Source of the DNA: Chiloscyllium plagiosum
Taxonomy: Eukaryota
Length of the DNA stretch: 64,000 nucleotides
Assembly: GCF_004010195.1 (NCBI RefSeq)
Contig: NC_057749.1
Location: 19,983,570 to 20,047,569, forward strand
Reading direction: 5' to 3'
Position numbers and translations under genes: made by a program. The notes under the pieces are model-generated. The model made no database searches. It was not told where the DNA came from and saw only the letters and a program-made list of their open reading frames with translations. Below are positions 29,101-44,100 of this stretch, one piece after another. Each line of letters opens with the position of its first letter. The first letter of the stretch is position 1.

Positions 29101-32100
29101 CTTTGCATATAGAAAACAAACAAACATTGGAGTTTGACTCTCCCAACATTTCCAAAGACGCAAAGTTATTTTTTACTCTGCAATACATTATTTACAGATA
29201 TTTGAGGCACTGAGTGTGTCCAATAACTGAACAGACCCCCACTGAACTGTGGCAGAAAGATCTTAGATGGTGGTTTCTCCTCACTGCAACTTAGCCAGAG
29301 CTGCCCCATACTTCACTGCACTCCTCAGCACGTAGTCCTCGACCCTGGAATGTGCCAATCTGCAACACGCGATCAGGGTTAACTCCTTGCACTGGAAGAC
29401 CAGGCTTTGGGCAGCCTAAAGTACATTTTCCGCCAAGGTGATGGTCTTCCAGGGGTACCCAATGTTTATCTCAGTGTGTATTCTGGGGTACAAATGATAC
29501 AACAGAGTCCTGCATCACAGAGCTACTTGGGACAAACCTTGACAAAAACTACGCATCTTTCTCCAGACCTGTGGCCAGTGGTGCACCACAAGGATCGGTG
29601 CTTTTTGTCATTTAGATAAATGATTTGGATGTGAACATAGGAATTAGTGTTAGTAAGTTTGCAGATTACACTAAAATTGGAGGTGCAGTGAATAGCAAAG
29701 AAGGTTACCTCGGAGTACAACAGGATCTTGAGCAGATTGGCCAATAGGCTGAGAAGTGGCAGGTGGAGTATAATTTAGATAAATGTGAAGTGCTGCATTT
29801 TGGGAAGGCAAATCTCAGCAGGACTTACACACTTAATGGTAAGGCCTTGGGGATTGTTGCTGAACAAAAAAACCTTAGAGTGCAAATTCATAGTACCTTG
29901 AAAGTGGAGTCACAGGTAGACAGGATAGTGAAGAAGGTGTTTAGTATGCTTTCCTTTATTGGTCAGACCATTGAGTATAGGAGTTTGGAGATCATGTTAC
30001 TGCTGTAGAGGACATTGGTTAGGCCACTTTTGGAATATTGTGTGCAATTCTGGTCTCCCTCTTATGGGAAAGGATGTTATGAAATTGAAAGGGTTCAGAA
30101 AGGATTTATAAGGATGTTGGCAGGGTTGGAGGATTGAGCTATAGGAAGAGGCTGAAATAGGCTAGAACTGTTTTCCCTGGAGTGTCGGAGGCTGAGGGGT
30201 GATATTATAGAGGTTTATAAAATCATGAGGGGCATGGATAAGGTAAATAGACAAGGTAGAAGTGCGTACTGCAGATGCTGGAGATTACAGTCAAGATTAG
30301 AGTGGTGCTTGAAAAGCACAGCAAGTTAGGCACCATCCGAGAAGCAGGAAAAGTTGACATTTCGGGCAAGAGCCCAGAAAAATAGACAAGATATTTTCCC
30401 TAGGGAGGGGCTGTCCAGAACTAACGAGCATAGGTTTAGGATGAGAAGGGAAAGATTTTAAAGGGACCTTAAAGGCAACTTTTTCACGCAGAGGGTGGTG
30501 CGTGTATGGAATGAGCTGCCAGAGGAAGTGGTGGAGGCTGGTACAATGACAACATTTAAAAGGCATCTGGACGGGTGTATGAATAGGAAGGGATATGGGC
30601 CAAGTGCTGGCAAACGAGACTAGATTAGGTTAGGATATCTGGTCATCATGGATGAGTTGGACTGAAGAGTCGGTTTCTGGGCTGTACATCTCTGTGACTC
30701 TATGACCTCCTTTGCAAAGGCACATTCCAGCAGATGTGTGGCAATCTCTATGCTCCGCCAACCTCCATTAATTACCCAGCTGCTTTGAGGGCAGCATGCA
30801 GTGGCACACATAGACTAGGTGTGCATAAAAGATTTAACAAGTAATGCTCTTCTCACTGCCACCAACCAGATTCATTCCTCCCATTGACTAGGTCATACCC
30901 TCCACCTGTCTTCAGCTATCCCCACTTTATCTGCAGCTTCCCCTACATCCACACCCAGTCCTGAAGAAGGATTACGCCAAAATGTCGACTTCACCACCTC
31001 CTGATGCTGACTGGCTTGCTGTGTTGTTCCAGCCTCCTGCCTGTCTAATTCTCACCAACAACCAAGATACGATTGGTGTTTGTTGGAAAATCCTGAAAAT
31101 GATCTGAAAATGACTTTGGCAGCTTGCTCAGGAAACAACCAGAATTTGTGCCATCATAATACCGCAATATTCCAGCAGGAAAAATGGATGTTTTCACAGG
31201 GATAAGACAGGGCACGAAGGTGTTAATCTGAACAATTCACTTATGAAAATGGTTGACTTTGAAGAAACAAAAGGAGGATTTGGCAAGATAGCATGGGCTT
31301 GTCAAATATTCATGAGTCAGGAATGACTCATTGCACTCTATGTGAAAAGTGCCGATATCATGGCAAAAGCAGCCAACTGAATAATATTTATTCTGATAAC
31401 TCAAATTTATATTTTTAGCTTACAAATGTCAAACATTGATCCTTCAATGTGCAAGCTTGGCTTTTCCTACCGGAGATTGTAAATTATACTCTCATAATTT
31501 GGGTGGACATTGAAATTTAGAGCACATCACTCTAATAAAACAAACAGATTATAAGTAACTAAAGCTACTGGCAAGAGTTAAATAATATAGATTGTACAGT
31601 TGGGTGGCAATGCAACAGACACTGGATATCTGGATTGAACATCCTCGGTCAAATCTATCATCTGTTGGTAAAGAGACAGAAACATAATCTTGCTGGCACT
31701 CCAGTGTAGCGTGAAGGGAGTGTGGCATTGTCTGACATGTTCTCAATTCAAAGAGATGCTAATCTGAGACCCTGTCTGCCTCTCAGGTGGACGCTTGTGA
31801 AGAGAAGGAGGGGAATTCCTCCTGATGCCCTGGTCAATATTTATCCCTCAATCTACAGCACAAAAGAACAGATTATCTAGTCACTGTCACCCTGTTGTTT
31901 ATAGGAGCTTGCATCATGCACATTCGCTTCAATATTTTCTGCATTATAACAGTGACTATATTTGTACTTCACTGGCTATAAAGTATTCGAAATAGCAGGT
32001 CATTGTGAAAAGTGCCAAATTGATGCAAGTTTGCATTTCCATGTCACATTATATTTGAAACAGTTTGTGGCTCCTAGTTGGCTGTTATAATTTCTACATT

Positions 32101-35100
32101 ATAACACCAACCATGCTTCAAAATGTGGTCTTCATTGTTTAGGGTTGAGGTAATGCAATTTGCTTCATAGATGCAAGACTCTCTTTCCTTTCACAATCGC
32201 TAAAAAAAAAAGGCAGGCATCAACCCTTTGTTTGAGCTCCAGAAGATTGGGACACATCTCTTTTACTGTTTACATTATTACCTCCAGAATCCATGCTGGA
32301 AGGTGCTCTATACAATGAACTGAGAAAGTAAATGGCAAGGTAGTTCATGGTGATTGCTACTATTCTGTGTAGCCCAGCTAGTTTCGAGAGAATGATTGAG
32401 TAGAATTGATGAGGAGTAAAGGAGTGGCATTACCTCTCCTTCTCTTCCCAGATTAATACTGCACATTAATTAGTAAAAAGAGCATATTTATATCACACTT
32501 GCCATAATTTCAGGACATGCTGAACTGCTTTACACAGAGTAACATAAGATATATTTGTCAGCCTATTACTGGTAATAAATAGTAATACGGAGTACAGAAA
32601 CCAGAATTGCTGCTTATCAGCCCCTTGACTAGAAGCAAACCTGAGCATGTGCATGTTAAAGGATGGCAATCTTTGCACTTGTTTGGTTTTTGTTTGTCAA
32701 TATTGTGTGCAATTCTGGTCTCCTTCCTATCGGAAGGATGTTGTGAAACTTGAAAGGGTTCTGAAAAGATTTATAAGGATGTTGCCAGGGTTGGAGGATT
32801 TGAATTATAGGGAGAGGGTGAATAGGTTAGGGTTGTTCTCCCTGGAGCGTCGGAGGCTGAGGGGTGACCTTCTAGAGGTTTATAAAATCATGAGGGGCAT
32901 GGATAGGGTAAATAGACACGTCTCTTCCCTGGGGTGTGGGGGAACCGAGAACTAGAGGGCATGGTTTAGGGTGAGAGGGGAAAGATACAAGACCTAAGGG
33001 GCAACTTTTTCACGCAGAGAGTGGTGCATGTATAAAATGAGCTCCCAGAGGAAGTGGCGGCTAGTACAATTGTAAATTTTAGGAGGCATCTGGATGGGTA
33101 TATGAACAGGGAGGGTTTGAAGGAATATGGGCCAGCTGCTGGCAGGTGGGACCAGACTGGGTTGGGATATCTAATCGGCATGAACAAGTTGGACCGAAGG
33201 GTCTGTTTTCATGCTGTACATCTGACTCTATATATAGCACAGCGACAGGCCATTCAGTTCAACTAGTTAATGCTGGCATTTATGGTCCATTCAAGCCTTC
33301 TTCCATCTTTCCCGATTGAAATTTATGATCATAGCCCGTACTCCCTTCCTCCTCAAACAATGTCTAGCTCTTACTTCAATGCATCTCCACTATTCATTTC
33401 AACTGTTCCTTGTGATAGAGTATTTCCCACTCTTACTAATCTTTGGATAAGGAAATCTCTTCTGAATTCTCGATAACAATTCTTGGTGATGGCCCTACAT
33501 TGTTGGCCTCCAGTTATGCGCTTTCCCGAAAGAGAACAATCCTCCACGTTCCCACTCTGTCTAAATCTTTAAACCTTTATTAGGTTGCTCTTCAGCCTTG
33601 TTTTTGCAAAAGAAAACAGACCAAGCCTGTCAATCCTTGCCTGAGATATATATCCATGTATTTCTGGTATCTGCCTTGTAAACTTTCTCTGTATCCACTC
33701 TAGTGCATCTGTATCTTTTTATGTAAAATGGCAGTCAAAAATGTGTGCATTACTATAAACCAAGTTAGATACAGCTGTGGCACAACTTCTATGCTTTTTA
33801 ATTGTATCCTTCTAGAAAAATAGCCCCATGTTTAATTTAGGTGTCTTATTTACAGAACTTGAGGTATAGTTTTAGTGATCAGTGTAATTGTCCTGAGACC
33901 CTTCATTCCTTGACCCTACCTAGTCCCGCAGCTGCCTAATAAGAAGTGATCTCCGTGTTCCTCCTATCAAAATCTATGAATTGATTCATGCTGAACAGCT
34001 GATGAACTACATTTGAGGTAAAGTTTTTACAAAGTTAATTCACAGAATGTGGGGGCTGTTAAACAAGCCAGGATATATTGCCCACCCTTAACCGTCCTTG
34101 AGAAGGTGGTGCTGAGCTTCCTTCATGAATCGCTGCAGTCCATGTTCTGCAGGGACATCCACAATACTGTAAGAGAAGGAATCCCAGATTTTGCCCCAAC
34201 AACATTGAAAGAACAATGATATAGATCCAAAGCAAAATGGCTTGGAAAGTTGTGCCTCCAATGTATCTGCTGCCCTTGACCTTGTAGATAATAGTGGTTT
34301 CAGGTTTGAAAGGTGTTGCACAAGGGGTATTGTTGAGGCTTTGCACTGCATCATGTGCACACTGCAGCCACTGTGTGTCAGGTCACTGTTGTAATGCAGA
34401 AAATGCAGTATTTAATTTGCATAGAACAAGCTACCATAAACAACAACTTGCCCATGCCAACCAGATATCCCAACCCAATCTAGTCCCACTTGCCAGCACC
34501 CGGCCCATATCCCTCCAAACCCTTCCTGTTCATATACCCTTCCAAATGCCTCTTAAATATTGCAATTGCACCAGCCTCCACCATTTCCTCTGGCAGCTCA
34601 TTCCATACACGTACCACACGTACCACCCTCTGCATGAAAAAGTTGTCCCATAGGTCTCTTTTATATCATTTCCCCTCTCACCCTAAACCTATGCCCTCTA
34701 GTTCTGGACTCTCCGACCACAGGGAAAAGACTTTGCCTATTTACACGATCCATGCCCCTCATAATTTTGTAAACCACAAAAGGTAACCCCTCAGTGTCCG
34801 ACGCTCCAGGGAAAGCAGCCCCAGCCTGTTCAGCCTCTCCCTATACCACAAATCCTCCAAACCTGGCAACATCCTTGTCAATCTTTTCTGAACCCTTTTC
34901 ACAACATCTTTCCGATAGGAAGGAGACCAGAATTGCACGCAATATTCCAACAGTGGCCTAACCAATATCCTGTACAGCCACAACATGACCTCCCAACTCC
35001 TGTACTCAATACTCTGACCAATAAAGGAAAGCATACCAAATGCCTTCTTCACTATCTTATCTACCTGCGACTCTACTTTCAAGGAGCTATGAACCTGAAT

Positions 35101-38100
35101 GCCAAGGTCTCTTTGTTCAGCAACACACCCTAGGACCTTACCATTAAGTGTAGAAGTCCTGCTAAGATTTGCTTTCTCAAAATGCAGCACCTCGCATTTA
35201 TCTGAATTAAACTCCATCTGCCACTTCTCAGCCCATTGGCCCATCTGGTCAAGATCCTGTTGTAATCTGAGGTAACCCTTTTCGCTGTCCACTATACCTC
35301 CAATTTTGGGGTCATCTGCAAACTTACTAACTGTACCTCTTATGCTCGCATCCAAATCATTTATATAAATGACAAAAAGTAGAGGACCCAGCACCGATCC
35401 TTGTGGCACTCCACTGATCACAAGCCTCCAGTCAGAAAAACAACCCTCCACCACCACCCTCTGTCTTCTACCTTGAGCCAGTTCTGTATCCAAATGGCTA
35501 ATTCTCCCTGTATTCCATGAGATCTAACCTTGCTAATCAGTTTCCCATGGGGAACCTTGTCGAATGCCTTACTGAAGTCCATATAGATCACATCTACTGC
35601 ACTGCCCTCATCAATCCTCTGTGTTTTTTGAGGAAGTATCAATAAAGTTTGTGAGACATGATTTCCCACGCACAAAGCCATGTTGACTATCCCTAATCAG
35701 TCCTTGCCTTTCCAAATACATGTACATCCTGTCCCTCAGGATTCCCTCCAACAACTTGCCATCACCGACGTCAGGCTCACTGGTCTATTGTTCCCTGGCT
35801 TGTCCTTACCACTCTTCTTAAACAGTAGCACCACATTAGCCAACCTCCAGTCTTCCTGCACCTCACTGTGACTATCGATGATATAAATTTCTCAGCAAGA
35901 GGCCCACTTCTCTAGCTTCCCACAGACGTCTAGGGTAAACCTGATCAGGTCCTGGGGATTTATCCACTGTTATGTTTTAATTTTTAATGGTTGTGCTGGC
36001 CCACCCTCAGGCTACTGTGGAAGTTTCTACCAGGTGCTCTGATTTCCTCCCACAATCCAAAGATGTGCAGGTTACGTGGATTGGCCAAGCTAAATTGCCC
36101 ATAGTGTCCAGGGATGTACAGGTTAGATGGATTAGCCATGGGAATGCAGGGTTACAGGGATAGGGTGGGGGTCTGGGTGGGATGCCCTTCAGAGGGTCAG
36201 TGTGGGCTCAATGGACAGCTTCTAAACTGTAGGGATTCTATGAAATTGGCTATCACAAAATAATTCTTTTGCTCTTCAAACAATATTGTGTGACCTTCAC
36301 CACCTACAGGAGAGGACAGGCAAGACCTCAGTTTCACACCTTAGCAATGCATTGGAGTGTCAGTCTGGATTTCACGTCTGTGTTAAGATTGGAACCTACT
36401 ACCTCCCTGCACAGAGGTGAGAACCACGGGTGGCATCCAACCTTACTGTAACATGATACAATTCCCGAGCTAGCCCCAATTGCCTTTTGTTCAAATTGAT
36501 TGCTCCATTATTCTTCCTTCTCCTATTTAGATCATCCCTTAAGACTGAGGTTCACTTCAATATGATGAGTTCTAAGATTGCTGATGAATCTAATTTGTGA
36601 GCGGTCAGATGCAGGACAAGTGGCGCTTGAAGGAAGGGTTAGAAGGGTTTTCTAGAGGTAGATAGAAATATCTTCTGCTAGGGCTTTTTTTTCAAATCAG
36701 TGTTTTTGCATGCTGTAGTTGGGCATTTTGTTTGGTGTAGCTGGATTACACTGATTACTGGGAACACAGCTGAGCAAGTGCATCAAAGGCTCGAATGCCA
36801 GGTGCAGCAGCACGTGAAGCTGCTCAATCTGGCAAAGGCCCACAGAAGGTCACCTTCTAAAAACCACGTACTCACAAGAGAAACAAACATGGAATTTGTT
36901 TCAAGGAAATATTTGCTTCTTAAAAATAAAGGGATAATAGCAACTTTACATGTGCAGAAACAGGACAGGATACCAAATCCTTCACTGTCACTGTGTCAAA
37001 AACACCAGAACTTCTTTCCCAGCAGCACTCTGGGTGCACCTATACCACATGGACTGCAGCTCACCAGCACCTTCTAAGGGACAATTAGGAACAGGCAACA
37101 AACGCTGACCTAGATTAGAGTGGTGCTGGAAAAGCAAATCGCCATATCCAATGAATGAATGAAAATAGATTCCTGCTGCTCTACACATTGCTCAATGTCC
37201 ACTCCAGGCAAAAATCAAAATTCTGTGGATGCTGGAATTCTGAAACAAGAGCAAACAAAAAGCTGCAAGCTCAGCAGGTCAGGAATCGTTTATGGAGATA
37301 AATGAATTGAATATTTCAGGTCAGTGACCGTTCATCAGAATTCTGGTTAAAATGTTGGTTCTGTTGAGGCTGCCCAGCCTGAATTTCATGTATTAATTAA
37401 CAAGAGAGCTGGAGAATACTGACGTGTTTCTGCATAGGAAGGCATTGAGCCATTCAGGCTCTCAAGCCTATTCCATCATTCTAAATTGCAGCTGGTCTAT
37501 TCCTCAAATCAATTTACTCTGGATTCCTTATTGAACCAAAACTATCGATCAAGTATTATAGTGGGCAGCACGGTGTCTCAGTGGTTAGCACTGCTGCCTC
37601 ACAGCACCAGGGTCCCAGGTGCAATTCCAGCCTTGGGCGACTGTCTGTGTGGAGTTTGCATATTCTCCCCATGTCTGTGTGGGTTTCCTCTGGGTGGTCC
37701 GGTTTCCTCCCACAATCTAAAAAGGTGCAGGTTAGGTGAATTGGCCATGCTAAATTGCCCATAGTGATAGGTGCATCAGTCAGAGGGAAATGAGTCTGGG
37801 TGGGTTACTCTTCGGGGGGTCGGTGTGGACTTGTTGGGCTGAAGGGCCTGTTTCCACACTGTCGAGAACCTAATCTAATCCTAGTTCTGCAACCACCAAT
37901 GGTGCCCCTAATATCCACAACATTTTAGGGAAAAATTTAAACTTTAAGTAACAAGGATCATTCGTTACTTCATTATACTGTATCTATAATGGCTTTCTAA
38001 ACGCCCTGATTGTAAAACAAAATGCATAAAAATAACTTGCTACATACTGTTGCTTGGTTGCGCCAAAGAGGCAGAGGCAGAAGCCGGTGCTGTGGATGGG

Positions 38101-41100
38101 CTGAACAAGCACCATCTGCTGACTGATTATAGATAGCCATGCTTTGAAAATTAATTTGCTGTCCAATTTACATACAGACTAGACAGTGAATGCACCTTGG
38201 AGAAGCTCTGCTGGCTGCCACATCACTGCCACCCTATTCACCGATTACAAGCCCAGAAATATCAGCAGCCATCATCTTCCCAACTGCACTGAATACATAA
38301 AACGCAAGAATCAATTTGCACTGATGCAGACTTCTGCAGCATGGCAAATGAAGAACCACTGGCCAAAAAATTTGTGCTTGAATCAAGATGTCGATAGTTA
38401 TTTTTAAAACGCAAAGTCATTTGCAAATCATTACGTCTCGGCCCATTTTAATCATTCAGCAATTCAATCTTCACAAGGAGTGAAAAATACTTAAAGATAT
38501 AGTTACTGTTCACTAGATCCCTTTGCTGGACTCCAAACCGCTAGCAGCAGTTTGAATATATTCACCGCAGTTCCAAATAAAATTAACTCTTGGTACAGTT
38601 ACTCACCAAGGACATTCCTCCTAGGGAGTCACTAGTGAGCATCCCATTTTGATTTGCTGATGGAAAGTGGGTCACTGGTTGACACGCTTTGCCTTCTTGG
38701 AGCTAAACTAATGGTAATTTTGTCAAAAGTTTGATTTAGATTCAAATTTTAGATTTAGATTTTATTGTCATGTGTACTCAGTACAGGAGCACAGTGAAAA
38801 GTGTATAACGTCGCCCTCTTAGGTACCAAGGTACCTGGGTCCAAAAAAACAAGAGAAAAGAGTGTTAAAAAGTTAAGCATTACTTCATAGAATAAGTAGA
38901 AAAATAAAGAAATGAGGTAACAACTAAAATTAAAGTCTTTCATAGATTAAACAAGGAAAATAAGTTCAAAGTTTAACAGTTTTTAACGATTTGGAGATGC
39001 CAGTGTTGGACTGGGGTGTACAAAGTTACAGATCACACATTAGGATATAGTCCAACAGGTTTAATTGGAAGCACTAGCTTTCGGAGCGCCGCTCATTCAT
39101 CAGGTGGTTGTGGAATTTACTCCACAACCACCTGATGAAGGAGCGGCACTCCAAAAGCTAGTGCTTCCAATTAAACCTGTTGGACTATATCCTGGCATTG
39201 TGAGATTTGTAAGTTTTTAATGAGTATACCTCGCTCTCTGGGACACCTCAGCTGATTGTTCTGAACACCACAGATACCTTTTAGTTCCATGGAACCAGTG
39301 TGACTGGAGTGAGTGGGTCATGTTTAGATCCCCATCTTTCACAAAACCTCACTTGTGAAAGAAATATGTATGACAGTGCACTTGGAGATTAGCACACTAC
39401 CAAATAAAACTTCTCTGTCCTAGACCTTAATGAGGCCGAGGTTTGAAAATGATGACCAGTTTTGCTCCCCTGCGATGGGATAGGAATTTTCATAAAAGCT
39501 GCAACTTGAGAGAGCACAAGGTCAACTGCTAGTTTAAAATACCTCACCGAGAGGTTGCGAAAAGTGCAATAACGGTGCTGTGGAGAGCTCTTGTGTTGTT
39601 GAGACAGAATAAGAGAAGCTGTAATGTATACCCTGTCAGGCTCTGATTTAACTTAAAGCGCTTGACTCCAACATTAAGCAATCTGAAGCAGGAGAGATTT
39701 CATTGTTCAACATCAATATCCCTCATCTTGACCACAGTAAATACAAAGGGGAAATAATAACATGATGATGTTATTATGGCAGGATGATGGCTCAGTGGTT
39801 AGCACCTGAGACCCGGGTTCGATTCCAAACTCCGGCAACTGTCTGTGTGGAGTTTGCACATTCTCCCCGAGTGCTCTGGTTTCCTCCCACAGTCCAAAGA
39901 TGTGCAAGTGGATGAATTGGCCATGCTAAATTGCCCTTAGTGTCCAGGGACGTGTAGGTTAGGTGCAATAGCCACAGAAAATGCAGGGTTACAAGGATAG
40001 AGTAGGGGGATGGATTTGGGTGGGATGCTATTCGGGGGGTCAGTGTAAACTTGTTGGGCTGAATAGCCTGTTCTTGCACCGTGGGGATTCTATTAATATT
40101 ATAAGTTTACAGTTGCTATATTAATGTTTAAAATGTTGAACAGTTTTCCTCATTTCCATCCCCCAAACTTACCTGCAAATGTTTTTCTAGTTTCAATACC
40201 ACATATTGTTCACACTTTGAAAAAATCTGAATCCCAGTAATTATTCTTAATCTATTTTCCTGGATGTACATGTGTGATCACGTGATTCAGCTTCACATTC
40301 ACCATCGGTGTTTACTGCCAATTCTCACTTTCTTCCAGCAAATTTTACGTTCTGTGTTCCTATACAGAAGGGAACAGCTACACTGAGAGAATGTGCATAG
40401 AGCTTTTAAACAAAAATCATTGTCTACAAGTTTGCTTCATTTCACCTTGAAGATTACAGAGCAATCGAATGGAGGTATTTATGATGATTAAAGGAGTCAA
40501 AGTGGTGGATACAGAAAAATTATTTTACCATGTGGACACCAAAACAAGGTTGCAAAACTTTAAAATCTGAGTTTGACAAATCCGGGAAGAGTCAGGAAAT
40601 GGGGCTGAAACAAATCTATAAAGACAACAATAGAAATTGATGAATCATACAGGAATCCTTAGTTTTACAGAGGCATAGGGTGAAGAAGAAAGGAAATGTT
40701 GCAAAGCCCTCATAAATTATTAGTTAGCCCTGAACCACAGTAGTGTACCCAATTCTGTAAACTACACTTTAGGATGGGTGCCCAGCTCTTGGACAGGATG
40801 CAGAGATTTGTTTCAACAATGCCAGGTATGCGGCACTTCAGTTTTGGGAGAAGCTGCGATTCTTTCACTTAGAGTTCAGCAAATTAAAGATAGACTTATT
40901 CAAACTGTTTAAAATCATGAGGGCTTTCAAGGAGTTGAGGGGGTGAAGCTGTTTCACTGGCAGGGTTCTGGGAATCGGTTCAGGTAGTTCTCCCATAACA
41001 CGTGTTTATTAAACCTGATTTGTCTGTAACCCGAGTTGCGAATTGCTGACTATTTTTAATAAAGCGAATTCATGTTCGCTGTTACGCGAGTCTCATCCTC

Positions 41101-44100
41101 CGACGCGGAGGATCAGACTCCGCGTCGGCATCACGTGATCAGTTGGCTCATGCACTCTCTCACGAACAGCTTTGTGAAAGGTATTGTGAAATGTTTATGC
41201 TAGTGGACTTGGAAAAGCATTGTGAAAATGTCTCTACAGCCTGAGGATAAAAAGCTGGGAGCAATCTGTTAATTTAAAAACTTAGAGTTGAGATAAGATT
41301 GAAATTTCACTGGAATTGACTAACAGTAGAACATCAATGTTGAGGTGCAGTTTGAAACTTGGCTTTGTTGTTTGTATTAAGAGCGTTGTTTCTCTTATTT
41401 TTGTTTAAGGTCTTAAAAAATATCTGCACACTTGTGTGAATCTGTTTCAGTGTCTAATCACTGTGGTAACCAACTACAAAAAAAACCAGTACAGGGAGTT
41501 GGACATGATCAGTCAGCTCAGGGTGAGGGAAAGGAAGGTGGGTGGCACACTGTTACTTTTGGAGCTTGTGTAGAGATGTCATGAGAGGGTGAGTAGGCTG
41601 TGCAGAAGAGATTCAGGATTAGTCAGGGTCAGATGTTAGCAAGAGTGATTGGGGAAGATGTTGCAAGAAGTGATGGGTACAGTACCAGGAATAGAGCAAG
41701 TGTGAGGTAGCAACGAGAAGATGGTGGCACTTTCACTGGCAGAGTGGGGAAGATCATTGTTCTTCTTCCTACATTCTGTGCATTCCTTCAGATGGTTGAG
41801 GCTGCACTGGTCTGGATGGTAATCTGGTCCAGGTTGGTGTGGTTGGAGTCGAATGGCATCCTCTGTTGGCCTGGGAGAAAGGACATCCTGCCTCTACATC
41901 ACCCCATCCCCATCAGCAGCATCTCCATGTCCCTGCCCATAAAGAGAGACACCAATTTTCTATTGTCTGTCACATCCAGGGCCAATGTCAGGAACCATGC
42001 AGGGCAGTTCCAGACTGAAAGCTGTTGTCTGGGTTGCACAATGTCTTTTTAAAGACAGTGCTGTACCATGGATGTTGGTCAATTCTCGGATATCCAGGAA
42101 ATGGTAAGTTTTGGAAAAGGCACATGGTATAATGGTGTTGGAATGTGAGAGGGGGCACCAAAGAGTGGGGTAGGTAATAAATCAGGTGGGTTTGCAAAAT
42201 AAGGTGATAGACGTCCCCAAGCATCATAATGTGAAACCCTCTGAGAAACTTGACAAAACTGACACTGAGCAAAAGAAATTAAGATTCAGTCCTTGATCCA
42301 TCAAGGCAGGTTTCATGCTGAGATCTGACTTGTGCAGTGTTACCTTGGATGGGATCAGAAGACTGGCTAGAATGGTATAGATGCCATTCGAGAGTAATCA
42401 GTTGATGATTCTGATTATCACAGTACCATACAACAGGTCAGTTACAACAGGTCAAAATTTACTTAGTTTGTGCTATTGTTTGTGATAGCCTAACTACTAT
42501 TCTTGTTTCGATGTTTACTGGTATTTTTGATAGATTGCCCCAACCCTGTTTTTGCCATCGGCCCCATTAATGATATTGCATGAGTTTCTATAAATTGGCG
42601 TCACACAGGAATACATCTATGGAGTTATCGGAGAACTACCTGAACAAAGAAATAAGTATAGGTACACAATCCTTGATACAAAACCCTCATGACCAGCTGG
42701 TTTTCCGAATTCTTAATTTTCCAGATTTTGGAATAAACAACAGTTTAATGGTAAAGTTTTTAAAATGTTACCAAACAGCAGATGCATCTGTGAGTACCAA
42801 GAGTGCTGAGACAGAATTGATGCCTGCCAGTGCTGGACCACATTGCCATGTCACACCTGAGTGAAGTGGGTCGAGTGGGTGTGGAGATGGGTTAACTATT
42901 GGCATGCCAAACAACCTTGCTATGGAGAAAAACACTTCACCAAATAAAACTTCGGATTTCGGAGCTTTACGAATTTTGGGATTTCGGATCAAGGATTGTG
43001 TACCTGTACTGGGATTACTGGCAAAAAAAGTACAGAAAAGTGGTGAGATTTTTTTTGGTAACCTAAGTTGTGAAGATCTGGACAGACTGCCTGAAAGGGT
43101 AGTGGAAACCAATTCAACAGTACTTTCAAGCAATATTTAGATATGTCCTTGAAAAGGAAAAATTCACAAAGCTATGGACAGAGGAATGGTGGCATTTGGA
43201 TAGTCTTTTTTTTTAAAAAAGAGATAGCACAGTCACATTGGATCAATGGCCTCCTTTAATGTTGCATGATTCAATAAATAGAATATTCAGGTCAGACATC
43301 CAGAACAAATTTGAACATACATAAACAAATTTGTGCTGATCATAGAAACAGCAATGAATTCCCTACTTTAACAAGTTACTCATGTTTAGGAACCAGTTTC
43401 GTTTTTATGACATGTCTATTGTATCTGTGGTAAAGGCCCTCTAACTTCAAATAAAAGCGTGAGAGAAAGGTCACATCAGAGAGGCTGATGTGTATCTGAA
43501 AGAACAAAATACAAGGTCTAATATTCACACTGAGCAGATTGATTCATTGTGCAGGAGCTGACTGCTGTAATTCATCTCATATCCTTACTTTGATAATGTA
43601 TTCCACACCAACAGCTTTCAATATCGAAGATAAAACAGCAAGGTCAAGTGAACACCACAGACTCTCAAGTAGCATACCATCCTGACTTGGATACAATATT
43701 CTTTCCTTCATAGTTACCATGAAAACAAATTTTAATGTAGAGTTTTTAGTGCAATGAAACATTCTAAGGTACTTCACAGAAGCATTATAACGTAAAGTAT
43801 GATACCAAGCAACAGGAAGGAATATGAAGTCAGACAGCTAAAAATTTATTCAAAGAGATTTTAGAGCTCCTTAAAAAAAAGGGAAGAATAGGGAGTGAAT
43901 TCTACACCTTAGGGTCTTGGCAACTGAAGGTTGCAAATAACAACTATGCAGCAATTAACATCAGCAATGCAACAGAGGCCAGAATTAGAGGTCTGCTTAT
44001 ATATTAGAGGTCGATAGGGCTAAGGAGATTACAAAGGAAGGGAGGGGTCAGCCACAGAGGATTTGAAAACAAGCCAAGAATTTCTCGAATGCAATGGAAA

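Noticed and set aside
31056..31227. AG/GT-bounded 172-nt open frame on the minus strand in intron 5
   Set aside because: No SV2 similarity, weak polypyrimidine tract, and it would break the phase; exons 5 and 6 join correctly without it
36700..37077. 125-aa plus-strand ORF
   Set aside because: Non-ATG start, runs into repeat sequence, no domain signal
40173..40359. Candidate exon with a strong CAG|GTAAGT donor
   Set aside because: No recognisable coding frame; not needed for the protein
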